A DNA stretch of 64,000 bases from Fonticula alba ATCC 38817 (lineage: Eukaryota > Protista > Nucleariida). The translations under genes were made by a program, and so were the position numbers. Shown piece by piece: positions 60,947 to 64,000 of this stretch (position 1 is the first letter of the stretch; the number at the start of each line of letters is the position of its first letter). Location of the stretch: NCBI GenBank assembly GCA_000388065.2, contig KB932205.1. One strand, 5' to 3'. The notes below the pieces were generated by a model that worked only from the letters and a program-made list of their open reading frames with translations, was not told the origin of the DNA and did no database searches.

Positions 60947-63900
60947 AGGGTGCGCGCGCGGGCAGCCCGATTAGTTCCACATATTGGCGGCATGACCTGT
61001 GCCATGCGGCAGCTGACATTGCCTGGCCCAGGGGCAGGGGCGGGGCGAGCGGCTGGCAGCATGCCCATGTTCGTACCCGGTGCACAGGAAGGTGGCCTTG
61101 GAGAATTCGCCCGGAGTGAAGGTGCGCGTCCCGCCAAAGAGCGGCGTGTCGGGGCCGGAAAAGTGCGCCAGCGCCCCGCGCAGGGATTGCAAGGCCGCCG
61201 ACCCGACGGATGTCGTGCCGGCGGCGGGCGTCGGGGCGGTGTCGGGCGCCGTGCGCTCGGTCTTCGACGTCTTGACCCGGAGGCCGGCGAAGCCGGGGCG
61301 CTTTTTCTTCTCGGATGGCGGCTCCGATGCTGGCGGCTGCGGCGGGCCGGACGCCTCGCCGCCGGGGTGGACATGTGCCTGGGGGGAGGTGGCACTGCCG
61401 CCGGGGACCCGCCACCGGCGCACCGCCTCGGCCGTGGTGGCGGCCGAGGTGGACCCCGGGTCGGCCAGGCCCAGGGCCGCGGCCCAAGTCTCCAACTCTC
61501 GAGCCACCGGCCGGCTCCAGGTGCACATGGCCGGGGCCAGGGCCGTGCAGGGGGGCTGCGTGAAGCCCGGCGCGCCGATCGGCTGTGGCAGCAGGGCCCG
61601 CACATGTCCGGTTGTCAAATGGGCCGGCGGGGCCGGCGGCTGTGACTGGCAGGGGCTGGGCGCGGTGGCGACCGGGGCCCCGGCTTCGGGGGCCGGGGCA
61701 TCGGCCGGCCGTGCGGCGCGCCCCGGGCTGAAAAGCCGATCCAGCCCGAGCTTCTGGCCGGGGGTCTTTTTGCCCGGGGTGGCGGGGGCATCGGCGGCCC
61801 GCGGGCCCGGGGCCGAGCTCGTGCCCAGGCCCGGGGGCAGCGCGACCGGGTCATCCGGCGAAGGCTTCTGCCCCGGCTCCGGGATGGCCGCCAGCAGGAG
61901 GCCCCCATGGCCGGGGGCCAAAACCACCAAGGAGGTGGGCTGCTCGGCCACATCCCGATGCGGCGTGCCATACATCACCATCATGGTCCGGGCGTTGGAA
62001 AAGGGCGTGGTCGGGCCGGGGGCCGTCGGAGAAACCGGGCTCCCGACCGGCGCGGCACTGGCGCCTCCATCGCCCGGCAGGCGCGGGGACCCGGTCGGAT
62101 GCAGGGACAGCTGGTCCGGCAGGGGCAGCAGCAGGGTCCGCCGCCGGGGGATGGAGATCGCCACGCTCGCGGGCGTGTCCTGCTGCTTGCCGGCCGAGGG
62201 GGACAGGGGCAGGGCCTCGGCCAGCTGGACCATGACCACGCCGTACGGCTCAAAGAGGGCCATTCCGCCGAGCACATACACCGGCGAGGGGTTCTTGGAG
62301 CTGGCTCGGGCCGTCAGCGGGGCCGCGAGGCGAGGGGGGCTCCCCATGCGAAGGGGCATCTGCGTGTTTGATTCTTCTTTTTTTCCTCCCTCCACCCACC
62401 CCGCTAATGGCCAACGCACCCGAGAGGCCCGCCAGACCGGCACCAGTTGAGAGCGCGCACGGGGTGCGCGTCGCCCGCAGCCGCGGCCACTGCTCGGGCA
62501 GCGCCATCGGCGGCAGGGGCGAGGCCGGGGGGGGGGGGGGGGGCAGCGGAGTCAGCGTGGGCACTGGTCCCGAATCCGGGAGATGTCCAGGGGAGGGATG
62601 GCCCGAGGGGCATGGGCAGGGGTGCATCAAGCGTGAGGTACACTTTCGATGAGCTCCGCGTTGAAGGAGTGTTCCAGCGCCGCGCGGCCCAGGACATAGG
62701 TGTAGATGCGACCGCCGGCGAAGGACACCAGGACCTGCTTCTTGTCGCGCGGGTCGGCGGCCATCACCCCGACGGGAAAGAACCTGGCCCGCCACGCGAC
62801 ACATGGGTCAGTCTGTGTGCGGGGGCGGGGGCGGGGGATGGGGCGGGAGGAGAGGGCGCACTTGACTTGGGGCGGGTCGGCCACCACCGGGAGGAGTGTG
62901 GGCATGCCGGACTTGAAGTCGTAGCACACAACCTGGCCCCGGGTCAGGGCAACAAACAGGCGCTTGGAGCAGGCGGACACCGTGGCGCAAGTCCAGCTGG
63001 CGGGCGGAACAGGCAAGGCAGAGGGCAAATGCGCAGGCGCCCGGTGAGCTTTCGAAAGGAGGGAAGGAGGAAGGGCGACGGCGCAGCATGCGGCCCAGTG
63101 GGGGGCACGTACGACTCGTCCCACACGGACTGGTGAATCAGGGCATTTTCCTCCAGCGACCAGAGGCACAGGACGTTGGTCCGGTCGATGGACAGCAGCG
63201 TGTGTCCCTTCGGGCACGGCCGCGATGTCGAGTACCGAAAGGTGCGTGTCAGATCCCCCCCGGTGCGGGTGGCAGGGATGGGGGGCAGCGCGCGAAGGCC
63301 CGGGCCGCCGGGCGCCATTCAATCATACCTGGTTGGTGCGCAGGAATGCCATGAAGCGCACAGGCGTCTGGTGGAGGTGGGCGGCCGTGATTTGTAGGCC
63401 CTCCGCCCCGTAGCTGTGCCCGGTGTGGATGGGTCAGTGGCCGAGGCGCGCGGGCAGGCATTCCGGGTGATCGGCCGACAGCGCACAAGTTAACAACACC
63501 ACTGCGGGCCCCGACGGCGACAATGCCCAGGGCAGGGCAATGGGCCAGGTGCGTCGCATCGGAGGAGATGCCGTGGCGATTGACCTGGCGGGGCGGGCGG
63601 GCAGTCGCGACAGGGGAAAAAAAAAGCAGCCCGAGAGAGTCCGCGTGTGCGTGTGTGTCAGCGACTATGTAAGTTGGGGGGGGGGAGGGACCGGGCTGGA
63701 GGGGGTGCGTGACACGAGCACCATCAGGCCCGGGGCCTCGTGGAAGAGGCTGGAGCGGAATCGAAGGGACTGGCGGAGATCTAGGCCGTCGGTGCATCTG
63801 TGCCTCCCCTTGCTCCTGTGCCTCCTCCTCGCCCGCCTGGCACCGTTCGCTCGCCGGGGCTTCCCGCCCCCCTCCCCCATCCCGGGAAATGGCCCAGGCG

Positions 63901-64000
63901 CACCAGTTGAGGCTTGAACTGATCGGGGTCGAAGTTGACCTCGAATTCCGGCCCTAGGTAGGTGATCTTCTTGAGGAAACGCAGCCCGGCAAAAAGGGCC
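58259..64000 (-). CDS. Lgl/tomosyn (STXBP5)/Sro7-family WD40 protein, 5'-partial, multi-exon
   Basis: In-phase exons from the window edge (to 63904, 63584-63487, 63413-63329, then about 63210 onward) give FDPDQFKPQL|VNRHGISSDATHLAHCPALGIVAVGARSGVVNF|YGAEGLQIT..FMAFLRTNQ|GHTLLSIDRTNVLCLWSL, then SKRLFVALTRGQV, DPRDKKQVLVSFAGGRIYTY; later YPLVVLSASHWRVYSMP and HGALVVYSLPTFK. These follow the characteristic Lgl/tomosyn propeller sequence. Internal exon boundaries below 63200 not all resolved; stop TGA at 58259. Confidence 0.85.

Noticed and set aside
1-64000. Transposon or retroelement remnants
   Set aside because: No transposase, RT or integrase motifs, terminal inverted repeats or LTR pairs recognised.

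Overview
Eukaryotic, very GC-rich, microsatellite- and homopolymer-rich genomic DNA with spliceosomal GT-AG introns and four assembly gaps. Gene content (fungal-style Rim15 architecture plus an animal/protist-type glutamate dehydrogenase) suggests a unicellular opisthokont; a Fonticula-like holomycotan is my guess, not provable here. Five protein-coding genes can be supported: (1) a Ras-family GTPase with CAAX box (minus, 5' end probably in a gap); (2) a giant Rim15/Cek1/Greatwall-type AGC kinase (PAS + C2HC zinc finger + kinase + receiver), about 6,500 aa in at least 9 exons over 22 kb (minus); (3) a Gln/His-rich putative transcription factor with a divergent bHLH-like segment (plus, 6 exons); (4) an intronless mitochondrial-type glutamate dehydrogenase (plus); (5) a Lgl/tomosyn/Sro7-family WD40 protein (minus, 5' end runs off the window). 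About 17 kb between the kinase and the transcription factor has no recognisable protein. Almost all other ORFs in the track are shadow ORFs caused by high GC and repeats. No rRNA, tRNA, CRISPR or mobile element was recognised. Exon boundaries were derived by hand from splice signals and phase consistency; comparisons to known proteins are from memory of the families, not from database searches.
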